A stretch of 64,000 nt of DNA from a virus (taxonomy: Duplodnaviria; Caudoviricetes): IMG/VR virus record IMGVR_UViG_3300043422_000045, positions 1 to 64,000 of that record. One strand, written 5' to 3'. The position numbers and the translations under genes were made by a program. The notes below the pieces were generated by a model. That model was not told where the DNA came from, did not search any database, and saw nothing but the letters and a program-made list of their open reading frames with translations. Below are positions 17,748-26,372 of the stretch, in pieces (position 1 is the first letter of the stretch; every line of letters starts with the position of its first letter).

Positions 17748-18005
17748 ATGAGCTACATATCAAATGAGGAGAAAGATCAACTCATGAGATCTAGTTACTA
17801 TATAATAACACGAAACTTTACTAAAACAGTAAATCGTTTCATTGCGTTCCAAGATGGAAGTAATTCTATTGAAATACCGCACGGTATAGGCCAAAGATCC
17901 AAATTTATAGATTTATTAATTAAATACTTCGAAGAAGTCGAAGAGTATGAGAAGTGCGACAAACTCGTGAAGCTGAAAGAGTTAGTTGTGGATGCAGGTG
18001 ATTAA
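17748..18005 (+). CDS. Small protein with C-terminal UVR-like motif
   Basis: YFEEVEEYEKCDKL, the same motif as ORF 16116. Confidence 0.6.
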   Translation: MSYISNEEKDQLMRSSYYIITRNFTKTVNRFIAFQDGSNSIEIPHGIGQRSKFIDLLIKYFEEVEEYEKCDKLVKLKELVVDAGD

Positions 18006-18030
18006 CCACAAATTAAACAAAAACTAAATT

Positions 18031-18768
18031 ATGCAAAAAAGATCAGCAGAAAGTAAAACAAAATCAACTAGCAGCAGACCAACGGCTGCCAAACCAAAAA
18101 AGACAACAGTTAAAGAATTAGATTTAGTAGGAGTACAATTAAAACCAAGTCAACAAGATTATTTTCAGCAGATCCAAAAGAACGAAATTACATTTTGTTC
18201 TGGACCAGCAGGTACGTCAAAAACATTTACAGCGTGTTTTACGTCATTACATTTATTAGCCACAAAACAAGTTTCTAAAATTATTTTATGTAAACCGATT
18301 CAAGAATCTGGAGAAAAGTTAGGGTTCTTACCCGGAGATATTGCAGACAAAATTGATCCATACATGCAATCTTATATTTCAAACTTCAAGAAGATTGTAG
18401 GTGATGAATTAACAGAAGGCTTAATTTCTTCTGGAGCAATAGAATTCAAACCGCTTGCATTTATGAGAGGAGATACCTTTGATGATGCTTTCATGATTCT
18501 AGATGAAGCACAAAATGCAACGTTTAAACAACTTATGTTGTTCGTAACTCGTATGGGTAAAAATTCTAAAGTTTTAGTGACAGGCGACGTTAGTCAGTAT
18601 GATATTCCTAAAGCAAGCGCAGGTCTTCCTGGATTTACAGCCTTAATGAAAGGTGTTAAAGGTGTAGGCGAACATACCTTTACCAACAAAGATATTGTAA
18701 GAGCTAAGATTTTACAAGATGTCGTAGACAGATACGACAAATGGAGAGTAGACAATCCAGAGAAATAA
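18031..18768 (+). CDS. phoH: PhoH-family ATPase
   Basis: GPAGTSKT, GEKLGFLPGD, AFMRGDTF, ILDEAQN, GDVSQYD. Confidence 0.95.
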   Translation: MQKRSAESKTKSTSSRPTAAKPKKTTVKELDLVGVQLKPSQQDYFQQIQKNEITFCSGPAGTSKTFTACFTSLHLLATKQVSKIILCKPIQESGEKLGFLPGDIADKIDPYMQSYISNFKKIVGDELTEGLISSGAIEFKPLAFMRGDTFDDAFMILDEAQNATFKQLMLFVTRMGKNSKVLVTGDVSQYDIPKASAGLPGFTALMKGVKGVGEHTFTNKDIVRAKILQDVVDRYDKWRVDNPEK

Positions 18769-18796
18769 AACAAAGTAAAGGACATGTGTATAACTA
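18768..18796 (+). promoter_or_regulatory. Middle-type promoter RAACAA-N15-TATAA (representative)
   Basis: Same 17-bp RAAC-to-TATAA spacing at 18768, 20525, 23309 and 23784; 18 bp at 21456. Confidence 0.65.
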
Positions 18797-18823
18797 TTAT
18801 AACTTTAATAATATACACATGTC
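18781..18823 (+). promoter_or_regulatory. Hairpin sequestering the RNase HII start codon
   Basis: GACATGTGTATA (18781-92) pairs perfectly with TATACACATGTC (18812-23, contains ATG 18819); inner TATTA/TAATA. Confidence 0.75.
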
Positions 18824-19451
18824 TGATACTAGATACGTAACACTCAAATCACATTATAACGAAGACCAATCAATCATAGAAGTTGGCGTAGACGAAGCTG
18901 GCCGAGGATCTCTTGCTGGTCCAGTCACAGTAGCTGCATGTATAATGCCAGTTAATTTTTCACATCCTTTAGTCAAAGATTCAAAGCTTCTTTCTGAAAA
19001 ACAAAAAGAAGAAGCGTATAAGATCGTAATGGCAAACGCAATAGCTTGGCATTGTGTGCATGTTGATGCCAAATTAATAGAAGAACAAAACATTCTAAAA
19101 GCAACTTTACACGGTATGATGTTGGCGTTAAGCGGTGTTGAAGAAACTACAGATTTTGATTTTATCTTAGTCGATGGAGATCAATTCCATGGATATAATG
19201 GTAAAAATTACGTAACGATCGTCGGCGGAGATAATAAATATACATCGATTGCTGCAGCTTCTATTATTGCAAAAATCAAACACGACAATTGGATGAGAGA
19301 ATGTGAAGAAGGTAAAATATATGGATGGGCTTCTAATAAAGGATATGGTACTAAACAACATTTAGATGCCATCAAAGAGCACGGTCCATCTGAACATCAC
19401 CGAACAAGTTTCATTTCACATATTGTTACAAAAACAGCAGAATTATTTTAA
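18819..19451 (+). CDS. rnhB: Ribonuclease HII
   Basis: VGVDEAGRGSLAGPV, VKDSKLLS, ILVDG, SIAAASIIAK, NKGYGT..H; ATG 18819 preferred to 18741. Confidence 0.95.
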   Translation: MSDTRYVTLKSHYNEDQSIIEVGVDEAGRGSLAGPVTVAACIMPVNFSHPLVKDSKLLSEKQKEEAYKIVMANAIAWHCVHVDAKLIEEQNILKATLHGMMLALSGVEETTDFDFILVDGDQFHGYNGKNYVTIVGGDNKYTSIAAASIIAKIKHDNWMRECEEGKIYGWASNKGYGTKQHLDAIKEHGPSEHHRTSFISHIVTKTAELF

Positions 19452-19795
19452 TGAAAAATTTATTTAATGGAATTATTTTATTGACGATCGGACAAGCTAT
19501 TGTTTGGTTTCAAACTAACGGTCAATTTGTATGGCCATTCTTTAAAAGAAATCCTTTAGTAATAGCATTAATCGGTGGTAGTATAGTTTCATATACATTT
19601 ATTCTCGGTACCAAAGAATTAGCAACTTATTATGAAGGTGCTCTTTGGCCTGGTAGATTTATTGGATTTACAGTCGGTATGTTTACATTTTCAGCCCTAA
19701 CATATTTAATGATGAATGAAGGTATTAATACAAAAACTGGCATTTCATTAATTTTAGCAGCAATTCTATTAGGCGTTCAGTTGTTCTGGAAATAA
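19451..19795 (+). CDS. Small four-helix membrane protein (DMT/SMR-like)
   Basis: 114 aa with four hydrophobic segments. Confidence 0.55.
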   Translation: MKNLFNGIILLTIGQAIVWFQTNGQFVWPFFKRNPLVIALIGGSIVSYTFILGTKELATYYEGALWPGRFIGFTVGMFTFSALTYLMMNEGINTKTGISLILAAILLGVQLFWK

Positions 19796-19796
19796 A

Positions 19797-19870
19797 TGTT
19801 AATAACTTTTAAAAATAAGTAAGCCCAAATTTTTTAGTTTGGGCTTTTTTTCGTATATTTACAGAGTAAT
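19797..19870 (+). promoter_or_regulatory. Early-type promoter fused with terminator hairpin (copy 3)
   Basis: TGTTAATAACTTT at 19797; AAGCCCAAA/TTTGGGCTT stem then a T tract; ATTTTTT at 19829 and TATATTTAC at 19854. Confidence 0.75.
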
Positions 19871-19886
19871 TAAAAACAAATACAAT

Positions 19887-20075
19887 ATGAAATACTTTTT
19901 AGTCTTAAGCACAGATCAAATAGCAGAAGTTAAAAAACAAAATTTAGAAGTTGAAATTTTAAACGAAGATATTACGCCTTCAGGTGGAATCTCTATTCAA
20001 ATTACTATCAAAGACGGTACAGATCTTTTATCTTTATTTTATGCTGGCGTTTATTACGCGCTTGATAAAAAATAA
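19887..20075 (+). CDS. Hypothetical early protein (62 aa)
   Basis: ATG 19887 after an A-rich leader; the track start 19839 lies inside the promoter hairpin. Confidence 0.6.
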   Translation: MKYFLVLSTDQIAEVKKQNLEVEILNEDITPSGGISIQITIKDGTDLLSLFYAGVYYALDKK

Positions 20076-20085
20076 ATGTTTAGAT

Positions 20086-20127
20086 ATTTTTTTATCTCAA
20101 ATCTTTTTAGTATATTTACTGTATAAA
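20086..20127 (+). promoter_or_regulatory. Early-type promoter (copy 4, no hairpin)
   Basis: ATTTTTT at 20086 and TATATTTAC at 20111; nearly identical to 16064-16104. Confidence 0.7.
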
Positions 20128-20140
20128 CAAAAACAAAAAT

Positions 20141-20539
20141 ATGAACATTCAAGAATTCAAATGTAATGGTTTTAGCAATGCGCAACAAGCCAACAATGTT
20201 AAACCAACTATTCAAACCGCAATTTCAGTATTTAGATTACGTAAAACTAACGAAGAGATATTTGCTAGTTTTCCAAAGGGAGATGATTATCATTTAGGTA
20301 CTAGATTTTACGATGATGATTCCGTAGCTAGTCGTATATGTTCAGGCTTAGTAGAATACGCAGAAAAACAATTGTATAAAGACTCTGGTCAATATGCTCC
20401 ATCTTTAATCATAGAACAATACATTGATGCTTTAGTAAATTCTTTAAGTGGCTCAGAAATGGATCTAATTATTTTAGAAGGTATGCGAGATTGTGCTTCA
20501 GCTGATCATTGGTATGCATACGAAAAACAATGGAATTAA
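20141..20539 (+). CDS. Hypothetical early protein
   Basis: 132-aa ORF directly after the early motif. Confidence 0.65.
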   Translation: MNIQEFKCNGFSNAQQANNVKPTIQTAISVFRLRKTNEEIFASFPKGDDYHLGTRFYDDDSVASRICSGLVEYAEKQLYKDSGQYAPSLIIEQYIDALVNSLSGSEMDLIILEGMRDCASADHWYAYEKQWN

Positions 20540-20555
20540 TCAACATATAATAGAT

Positions 20556-21482
20556 ATGAAAATAAATTTAGGGTACTGTTGTATTAATATGACTTTGCAA
20601 AAAGAACGTAAAGTTACTATTGGTCGTGGCATGATTAAAAAAACATTCGCAGAAAAAGGTATTAATTATGCAAGCGAATTGGCTTTGGCAAATGTCAAAG
20701 ACATGGTAGAAATTATCAAATGGAATCATAAAAATGGAATTTCATTATATCGTATGAGTTCTGACATGTTTCCGTGGTGTAGTGAATACGAGCTTAAAGA
20801 TTTACCAGATTATGATAAAATTTGTAATGTTCTTAAAGGCGCAGGTACTTTAGCTAAACAATATGGCCAAAGACTAACCTTTCATCCCGGTCCATTTTCA
20901 GTTCTAGCTTCAGCAAATCCAGATGTAGTTACAAAAACTATTCGAGATTTAAATACGCACGGTGAAATTATGGATCTTATTGGTTTGCCTAGAACGCCTT
21001 ATGCAGCTATCAATATACATGTTAATACAACAGCGCCAGATAAAGCGTCTGCTATGCAAAGATTCTGCGAAAACTTTAAACGCTTAGACGATTCTGTTAA
21101 ATCTAGACTCGTAGTAGAAAATGATGACAAGGAGTCACAATACACAGTTCAGGACTTATATGATTCCGTGTATAGTATCATACGTGTTCCGATAACATTT
21201 GATTACCATCATCATTGGTGTCATCCTGGTGAATTAGATCAAGAGGCTTCTTTAAAATTAGCAGCAAAATCTTGGCCTAAAGATGTCAAACAACTTACAC
21301 ACTTTTCTTCATGTAAAACTATTCATGAAGATGCTTCTCAAACTAATAAGCGAGCACATGCAGATTACTTATATGACAAAATAGATTCTTATGGCTTAGA
21401 TATTGATGTAGAAGTAGAAGCCAAAGCCAAAGAATTAGCTGTATTTCAATATTTGAAACAAAATAAATTACAAATGGTATAA
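20556..21482 (+). CDS. uvsE: UV damage endonuclease UvsE/UvdE
   Basis: LGYCCIN, LYRMSSDMFP, RLTFHPG, RLVVENDD, FDYHHH, RAHADY, VEAKAKELA; ATG 20556. Confidence 0.95.
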   Translation: MKINLGYCCINMTLQKERKVTIGRGMIKKTFAEKGINYASELALANVKDMVEIIKWNHKNGISLYRMSSDMFPWCSEYELKDLPDYDKICNVLKGAGTLAKQYGQRLTFHPGPFSVLASANPDVVTKTIRDLNTHGEIMDLIGLPRTPYAAINIHVNTTAPDKASAMQRFCENFKRLDDSVKSRLVVENDDKESQYTVQDLYDSVYSIIRVPITFDYHHHWCHPGELDQEASLKLAAKSWPKDVKQLTHFSSCKTIHEDASQTNKRAHADYLYDKIDSYGLDIDVEVEAKAKELAVFQYLKQNKLQMV

Positions 21483-21497
21483 AAAGATAAAAACAAT

Positions 21498-21752
21498 ATG
21501 TCAGAACTTAAATTAAAGGCGTTAAAAGCACGCTACACTGCACAAAGATTAGAAGCTTTGGCTACTATCGAAGTTTATATGTCAAATTCTGTTGGAATTG
21601 GAGAACATCCTCAAATCATTGACGAGATTGATAAATTGGTTAGATCGGTTGATGAAGCTGATGGTTTATTAAAAACGTTGAATTCTATTTTTAAAGTAGA
21701 AGAAACTACATACAGTGGTGAGAAAGAAGCTCTTGAACAACCAGAAAACTAA
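21498..21752 (+). CDS. Conserved small phage protein
   Basis: IEVYMSNSVGIGEHPQI motif, which I recall from T4-like aquatic phages. Confidence 0.6.
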   Translation: MSELKLKALKARYTAQRLEALATIEVYMSNSVGIGEHPQIIDEIDKLVRSVDEADGLLKTLNSIFKVEETTYSGEKEALEQPEN

Positions 21753-21757
21753 AAATC

Positions 21758-21783
21758 AAAAGAGGACAAAGTCCTCTTTTTTT
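21758..21783 (+). terminator. Intrinsic terminator
   Basis: AAAAGAGGAC-aaa-GTCCTCTTTT then TTT. Confidence 0.85.
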
Positions 21784-21803
21784 ACGTAGATATATAATCT
21801 AAT

Positions 21804-22496
21804 ATGAGCAAAGAACAAACATATAAAGATTATCCTAAGGCCGCATCTAAAAATGCACAAAAGGCAATTGATTGGAAAGAAAAATACGGTCGCGATATTG
21901 TAACGGCTGGCACTGCAGTTGGTTGGCAAAGAGCACATCAATTGGCTAAAGGCGAAGCTCTATCAGAAGATGTCGTTTCTAGAATGGCACAATTTAACAG
22001 ACACAGAAAAAATTCAAAGATTGCTCCTGAATTTAAAGACGAACCTTGGAAAGATAGAGGCTATGTAGCTTGGCTTATTTGGGGTGGAGACGAAGGCGTT
22101 GATTGGGCTATGGAAAAGATGGATAAAATAAAAACTGAAGAAGAGTTAACAGAATGGTTAAATACATGCGACTCGTATCTTTATTCTCTTGATTTTTTAT
22201 ATGAAGGAAAATTAAGAGATTTGCAAATGCAATCTAGTGATTTATTAAAAAAACTCGGAGAAGCTAGACAAAAAACTGGAGAACTTAGACAGAAAGTAAC
22301 TGAACTAAAGAGTAAAAAAGCTGATATTTGGAAAATTCAAATTGCTGAATTAAATATTAAGAAAAATGATCTTAAAATTCAAATGTTATCTATAGCTGAT
22401 GTGGTAAATAAATTAAAAATGAGATATGTTACCGAGGGACTTACATTCGAAGAATTTCTAATTATTAATGAATCTCTAAAAAATCTAGATATATAA
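21804..22496 (+). CDS. Putative head-associated protein
   Basis: GT.VGWQRA.QLA.GE.LS...V.RM..F.RH and GYVAWLIWGGD domain seen in phage head modules; coiled coil; C-terminal TFEEFLIINES. Confidence 0.55.
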   Translation: MSKEQTYKDYPKAASKNAQKAIDWKEKYGRDIVTAGTAVGWQRAHQLAKGEALSEDVVSRMAQFNRHRKNSKIAPEFKDEPWKDRGYVAWLIWGGDEGVDWAMEKMDKIKTEEELTEWLNTCDSYLYSLDFLYEGKLRDLQMQSSDLLKKLGEARQKTGELRQKVTELKSKKADIWKIQIAELNIKKNDLKIQMLSIADVVNKLKMRYVTEGLTFEEFLIINESLKNLDI

Positions 22497-22529
22497 TCTT
22501 TAAAAACATAATAAAATAATATCATTATC

Positions 22530-23249
22530 ATGGCAAAATTAAAAACATTTGAACAGTATGTTTCAGAAATGGACAGAGCTGAAGAAATTGAAAAAGACAT
22601 CGTAGACTTAGGTACTCCAGAAGAGGAATCAACCGAAGATGCAGACAAAGTACAATCACCAGAACAAGAAGCTAACGAAGCTAATGACGTAACAGGAATT
22701 GAAGCAGATGAGTTAAAAAATGACTTAAATGACAAAACTCCAGAAGTTATTGACGCTGATGGTAAAAAATACGCTAAAGCTGAAGATAGAGCAGAAGACG
22801 ATTCAGCTGAAGTAAACAAAGATTTAAAAGATCAAGCTGAAGGTGAAGATATCGGTAAAGAAGTATCTGAGGCTGAAGAAAAAGAAGAAGCTGAAGAAAC
22901 TCCGGCGGAGGAAGAAGCTGAAGACGCTGAAAAAAAAAGTAAAGACGAACCTAAAAGACCAGTAAGTGAAATTCTTAAAGAGTGCTACGGCATGATGAAA
23001 GAAGAAGCTGCTGCTTGGGCAAATGATGAGCATGACGAACACACTATTGAAACGTACATGACTGAAAATGCTGCATTGGTTGGTGGATTCGCAGCTAATA
23101 CTTTAAAAGAAATGAGAGAAGACTATGCATTAGAAGCATACGAAGCTGCATGTAACCAAATCAAAGAGGCTTTTTGTAAAAAAGTTGATGAGGCTAAAGA
23201 TTCTAATATGACTCCAGGAGAAAGAGAAGAAGAAGCAGCTAACCAATAA
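22530..23249 (+). CDS. Acidic putative prohead core/internal protein
   Basis: MAKLKTFEQYVSE N-terminus; very Glu/Asp-rich; late motif upstream. Confidence 0.55.
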   Translation: MAKLKTFEQYVSEMDRAEEIEKDIVDLGTPEEESTEDADKVQSPEQEANEANDVTGIEADELKNDLNDKTPEVIDADGKKYAKAEDRAEDDSAEVNKDLKDQAEGEDIGKEVSEAEEKEEAEETPAEEEAEDAEKKSKDEPKRPVSEILKECYGMMKEEAAAWANDEHDEHTIETYMTENAALVGGFAANTLKEMREDYALEAYEAACNQIKEAFCKKVDEAKDSNMTPGEREEEAANQ

Positions 23250-23274
23250 TATATAAGCGTATCATCTTATATTT

Positions 23275-23306
23275 GAAAGGAGACCAAATTGGTCTCCTTT
23301 CTTTTT
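23275..23306 (+). terminator. Intrinsic terminator with the same stem as 5162
   Basis: GAAAGGAGACC-aaatt-GGTCTCCTTTC then T5. Confidence 0.9.
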
Positions 23307-23355
23307 GTAAACAAATCCCAGGAAATTAGTATAAATAACTAATAAGATTTAAAAT

Positions 23356-23796
23356 ATGCCTAGAATTCCAATAGACAAGATATACATGCAAATAGCCTAT
23401 CAAGTGGCTAAACTATCTTATGCAGAAAGACGTAAGGTTGGATGTGTAATTGTCAAAGACGAACAGATCGTTTCATTTGGCTATAATGGAACACCTCATG
23501 GATTTGACAATGAATGTGAAACGTATTCACATGATGGTTGCGAATGCACTACCAAAAGAGAAGTCCTACATGCTGAATCAAATGCGCTAACTAAGTTGGC
23601 AAAATCTACCTTGACTTCTAAAGACACTATTCTTTACACTACTACACTACCTTGCTTTGATTGCGCTAAATTGATTATTCAAGCCGGGGTAAAGGAAGTT
23701 TATTATTGTGAAGACTATCGCGACATGTCAGGTATTATGTTATTACAGCGCGCGGGTATTGAGGTCAATCAAGTGATTGTCTGGAACAATGATTAA
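23356..23796 (+). CDS. dCMP deaminase
   Basis: KVGCVIV, GYNGTP, HAESNA and PCFDC zinc motifs. Confidence 0.95.
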   Translation: MPRIPIDKIYMQIAYQVAKLSYAERRKVGCVIVKDEQIVSFGYNGTPHGFDNECETYSHDGCECTTKREVLHAESNALTKLAKSTLTSKDTILYTTTLPCFDCAKLIIQAGVKEVYYCEDYRDMSGIMLLQRAGIEVNQVIVWNND

Positions 23797-23820
23797 TTAA
23801 TTTATATAAATAACTAGAGT

Positions 23821-24045
23821 ATGGGATTTAATGTAAGACATTATCCAGAGGACGTTACAGTACTAAAAGACAAACTAGCCAAAGAAGGCTCTCAGTATTT
23901 TTACAATATGTACCTTAAGAGAGTAGACTGTTGGATGGGTTCAGATAAGACAAAGGAATCAGAACGATTTATAGATAAATTTATGGAGAAGTATAATGAA
24001 ACAAATATTGAATTTCATAGCATCTCTGAGACACAAGAAGCGTAA
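23821..24045 (+). CDS. Hypothetical protein
   Basis: 74-aa ORF after a middle-type motif. Confidence 0.6.
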   Translation: MGFNVRHYPEDVTVLKDKLAKEGSQYFYNMYLKRVDCWMGSDKTKESERFIDKFMEKYNETNIEFHSISETQEA

Positions 24046-24634
24046 TCAGACAATTATGAGTAATAATACAGAACAGTTAGAAAAAACAAGGGTATTCCAG
24101 TGGATCAAAGGGGATTCATTCGGAAAAGTAGTAACCTTAAAGGAAGAGGATAGTGAATTTTTATATTTTACAGACGGCTCTCAGATTTATAAGACCGTTG
24201 CTAAGGAATTCTTATTAGAATCATTAGACGGTGATATGCCTCTACCAGATGCTAAGCCTTTAGGAAATGGGTCTAAGGTTAATTCTAGAACCAGTATTAT
24301 AGCGGAAAATGTGTATGAAGATAAATCTCCCACGCAAATTTCCCAGCAAATCCCCCAGCAAATTTCCCAACAAACTCCTGAAGAAACGCCACTTGAACAA
24401 CTAATTGTCAAACTCTCTAAGAAGAATTCGACAACATTAAATGTTCCAGTTGAATTAAATTTACCTAGAAAGGAAATAGTTGATTTGCTAGTTGACAACT
24501 CTGAAGAATATGATAGAGATGCAGTCTTAGCTATAATTGTCGAAACGACTCTAAATAAAATCAATATAAATACATTAAGAGAAACATTAAAAGAACAAAT
24601 AAACTCACACTTAAAAAATTATTACAATGAGTAA
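23996..24634 (+). CDS. Hypothetical protein (alternative start 24056)
   Basis: Long ORF containing a 12-bp tandem repeat that encodes QISQQIPQQISQQ. Confidence 0.65.
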   Translation: MKQILNFIASLRHKKRNQTIMSNNTEQLEKTRVFQWIKGDSFGKVVTLKEEDSEFLYFTDGSQIYKTVAKEFLLESLDGDMPLPDAKPLGNGSKVNSRTSIIAENVYEDKSPTQISQQIPQQISQQTPEETPLEQLIVKLSKKNSTTLNVPVELNLPRKEIVDLLVDNSEEYDRDAVLAIIVETTLNKININTLRETLKEQINSHLKNYYNE

Positions 24635-25010
24635 AAAAACAACATCTTTCAGTAGACGTCAAAGACGTGAAATGTATCGTAGAGCTGGATTCTTAAGAAT
24701 CAAAAATGGTTATAATCCACTGGGTCCAATCATGGCTAATTGGTATACTAAAACTAGAGAAGAAGGTAAACAAATTCATGAAGAGCATACTAGAATGGTA
24801 GAAACTCAAATTGAAGAGAAATTACAAACAGTACTTAACAAGTCTAAAGAAACTTGGACAGAATTAGGTTATAACGACGCTGAAATCAAAATGTTAGAAG
24901 AAGCATTCTCATTAAGAAATGTTAAAAACAGAGAAACATTCACAGCTGACAGAAAGCAAGCTAAGAGATTAGAAAAAGAAGCTTACAAATTAAAACTATC
25001 TAGAGCATAA
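24627..25010 (+). CDS. Hypothetical basic protein
   Basis: Overlap-coupled ORF; Arg-rich N-terminus SRRQRREMYRR. Confidence 0.7.
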   Translation: MSKKTTSFSRRQRREMYRRAGFLRIKNGYNPLGPIMANWYTKTREEGKQIHEEHTRMVETQIEEKLQTVLNKSKETWTELGYNDAEIKMLEEAFSLRNVKNRETFTADRKQAKRLEKEAYKLKLSRA

Positions 25011-25327
25011 TGCAAAACATAAGATTAGAACTAGCAGATAATGGTATTATCAAGATAGTCGAAGATGATAACATCAATGCAGCAGGAGAAGTGTATACTT
25101 CTGTTACTGTATATGATTTTGAAAGTTCTAATGCTACTGAATCTAAGATTAATTTCATCAATGATTTAATCTTAGATTCAGGTCTAGAGCTTGGTAACTC
25201 TAAAGATAAAAACCAAATAAAAATATCAGTGGACTGGGGCGATGAATATCAGCCTTCAAAAACTGAAATCGAAGAAAAGATTAAGGCACTTAAAAGTGAT
25301 CTTAAACACTTCGAAGAGATGTTATAA
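25010..25327 (+). CDS. Hypothetical protein
   Basis: TAATG-coupled to the upstream ORF. Confidence 0.7.
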   Translation: MQNIRLELADNGIIKIVEDDNINAAGEVYTSVTVYDFESSNATESKINFINDLILDSGLELGNSKDKNQIKISVDWGDEYQPSKTEIEEKIKALKSDLKHFEEML

Positions 25328-25729
25328 ATGAAATTAATCATAGATTGTGTTTGGTGTTCAAACAGAAGAGATTTTGTCAAATTTTTAAAAACAGCGGATG
25401 CTTACGAATCTGTAATAGATTACTATGCGATCAATGTTAAGTTGTCAAAATCTGATCCTGATGGAATTCAACCGCCAGACACGATCATAGGATTACATTT
25501 AGTTAAAGGTATTCAAGATGCCAAAAACAATAACAAATCTAAATTACTTTACGTAATTAAAAATCTAAACGCAGAAACCATCGAAACAGTTTCTGATATG
25601 TTTTGTTCAATATATGAAATAGAAGAAAACGAAATGAGCATTTCTCTATTCATTATTAACAGAGACGATTATCCTGGAAAAACTGTTCTATCTAAATTCG
25701 ATTCTGTTAAATTCATTGAAAAAGTATGA
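25328..25729 (+). CDS. Hypothetical protein
   Basis: Abutting ORF within the operon. Confidence 0.7.
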   Translation: MKLIIDCVWCSNRRDFVKFLKTADAYESVIDYYAINVKLSKSDPDGIQPPDTIIGLHLVKGIQDAKNNNKSKLLYVIKNLNAETIETVSDMFCSIYEIEENEMSISLFIINRDDYPGKTVLSKFDSVKFIEKV

Positions 25730-26313
25730 TACGCCATCGTTTATTTTCAAAAGGCGAAACAGTATACGCCTTACTTTCTAATTTTAGATACCCTAACGTT
25801 TTATTCCCAGTACAAGCTGTCATATATGATGTGAAGTTTGATACTGATATGCCGCAATATCAACTTAAAATAAATAAGTTTTATGATGATGTCGCATTCT
25901 TAAAAAGATATTTCTTTGGTCTTACATTTAAGCGTGATTTTGAATCTAAACAAACTAAGATCAATCTTAAGCGATCACTTTACCCTACTATACAAGATTT
26001 AGAACGAGTGTTTACTGAAAAATGGGAAAGTTATATGATCGCAGTAGATTCAGTATATTGCGTAAAGACACAGGGCGAATTGAAAGAGCTCTTCAACTCT
26101 CTTCAAGATCACTTCGTTGAGAAGAATATTAAAGATTTATGGGATCTGACTAGTCGCTCCTTTTATTCAAAGGGACAATATTACTACCATGCTCGTGGAG
26201 AATTCGAAGCTTCACTTAAAAAATTCTTAGCCGATAGAGTTAAACCAGAAAAAGATTATTTCGATAAATTATTGTATAGAGCTGATAATAAAGAACTAGA
26301 CAACATAGAATAA
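25726..26313 (+). CDS. Hypothetical protein
   Basis: ATGA-coupled ORF. Confidence 0.7.
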   Translation: MIRHRLFSKGETVYALLSNFRYPNVLFPVQAVIYDVKFDTDMPQYQLKINKFYDDVAFLKRYFFGLTFKRDFESKQTKINLKRSLYPTIQDLERVFTEKWESYMIAVDSVYCVKTQGELKELFNSLQDHFVEKNIKDLWDLTSRSFYSKGQYYYHARGEFEASLKKFLADRVKPEKDYFDKLLYRADNKELDNIE

Positions 26314-26320
26314 TATTAAA

Positions 26321-26370
26321 TAAGATATATATGTAATAAGGCCGATTAGGCACTTAACATATATAACTTA
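26321..26370 (+). promoter_or_regulatory. Hairpin over the translation start region with late motif in its 5' arm
   Basis: TAAG-a-TATATATGT pairs with ACATATATA-a-CTTA; inner TAAGGCC/GGC-a-CTTA; ends 2 nt before ATG 26373; GATATATA at 26324. Confidence 0.7.
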
Positions 26371-26372
26371 AT

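Noticed and set aside
24329-24378. 12-bp tandem repeat (QISQQIPQQISQQ)
   Set aside because: In-frame linker expansion; no phase-variation potential evident.
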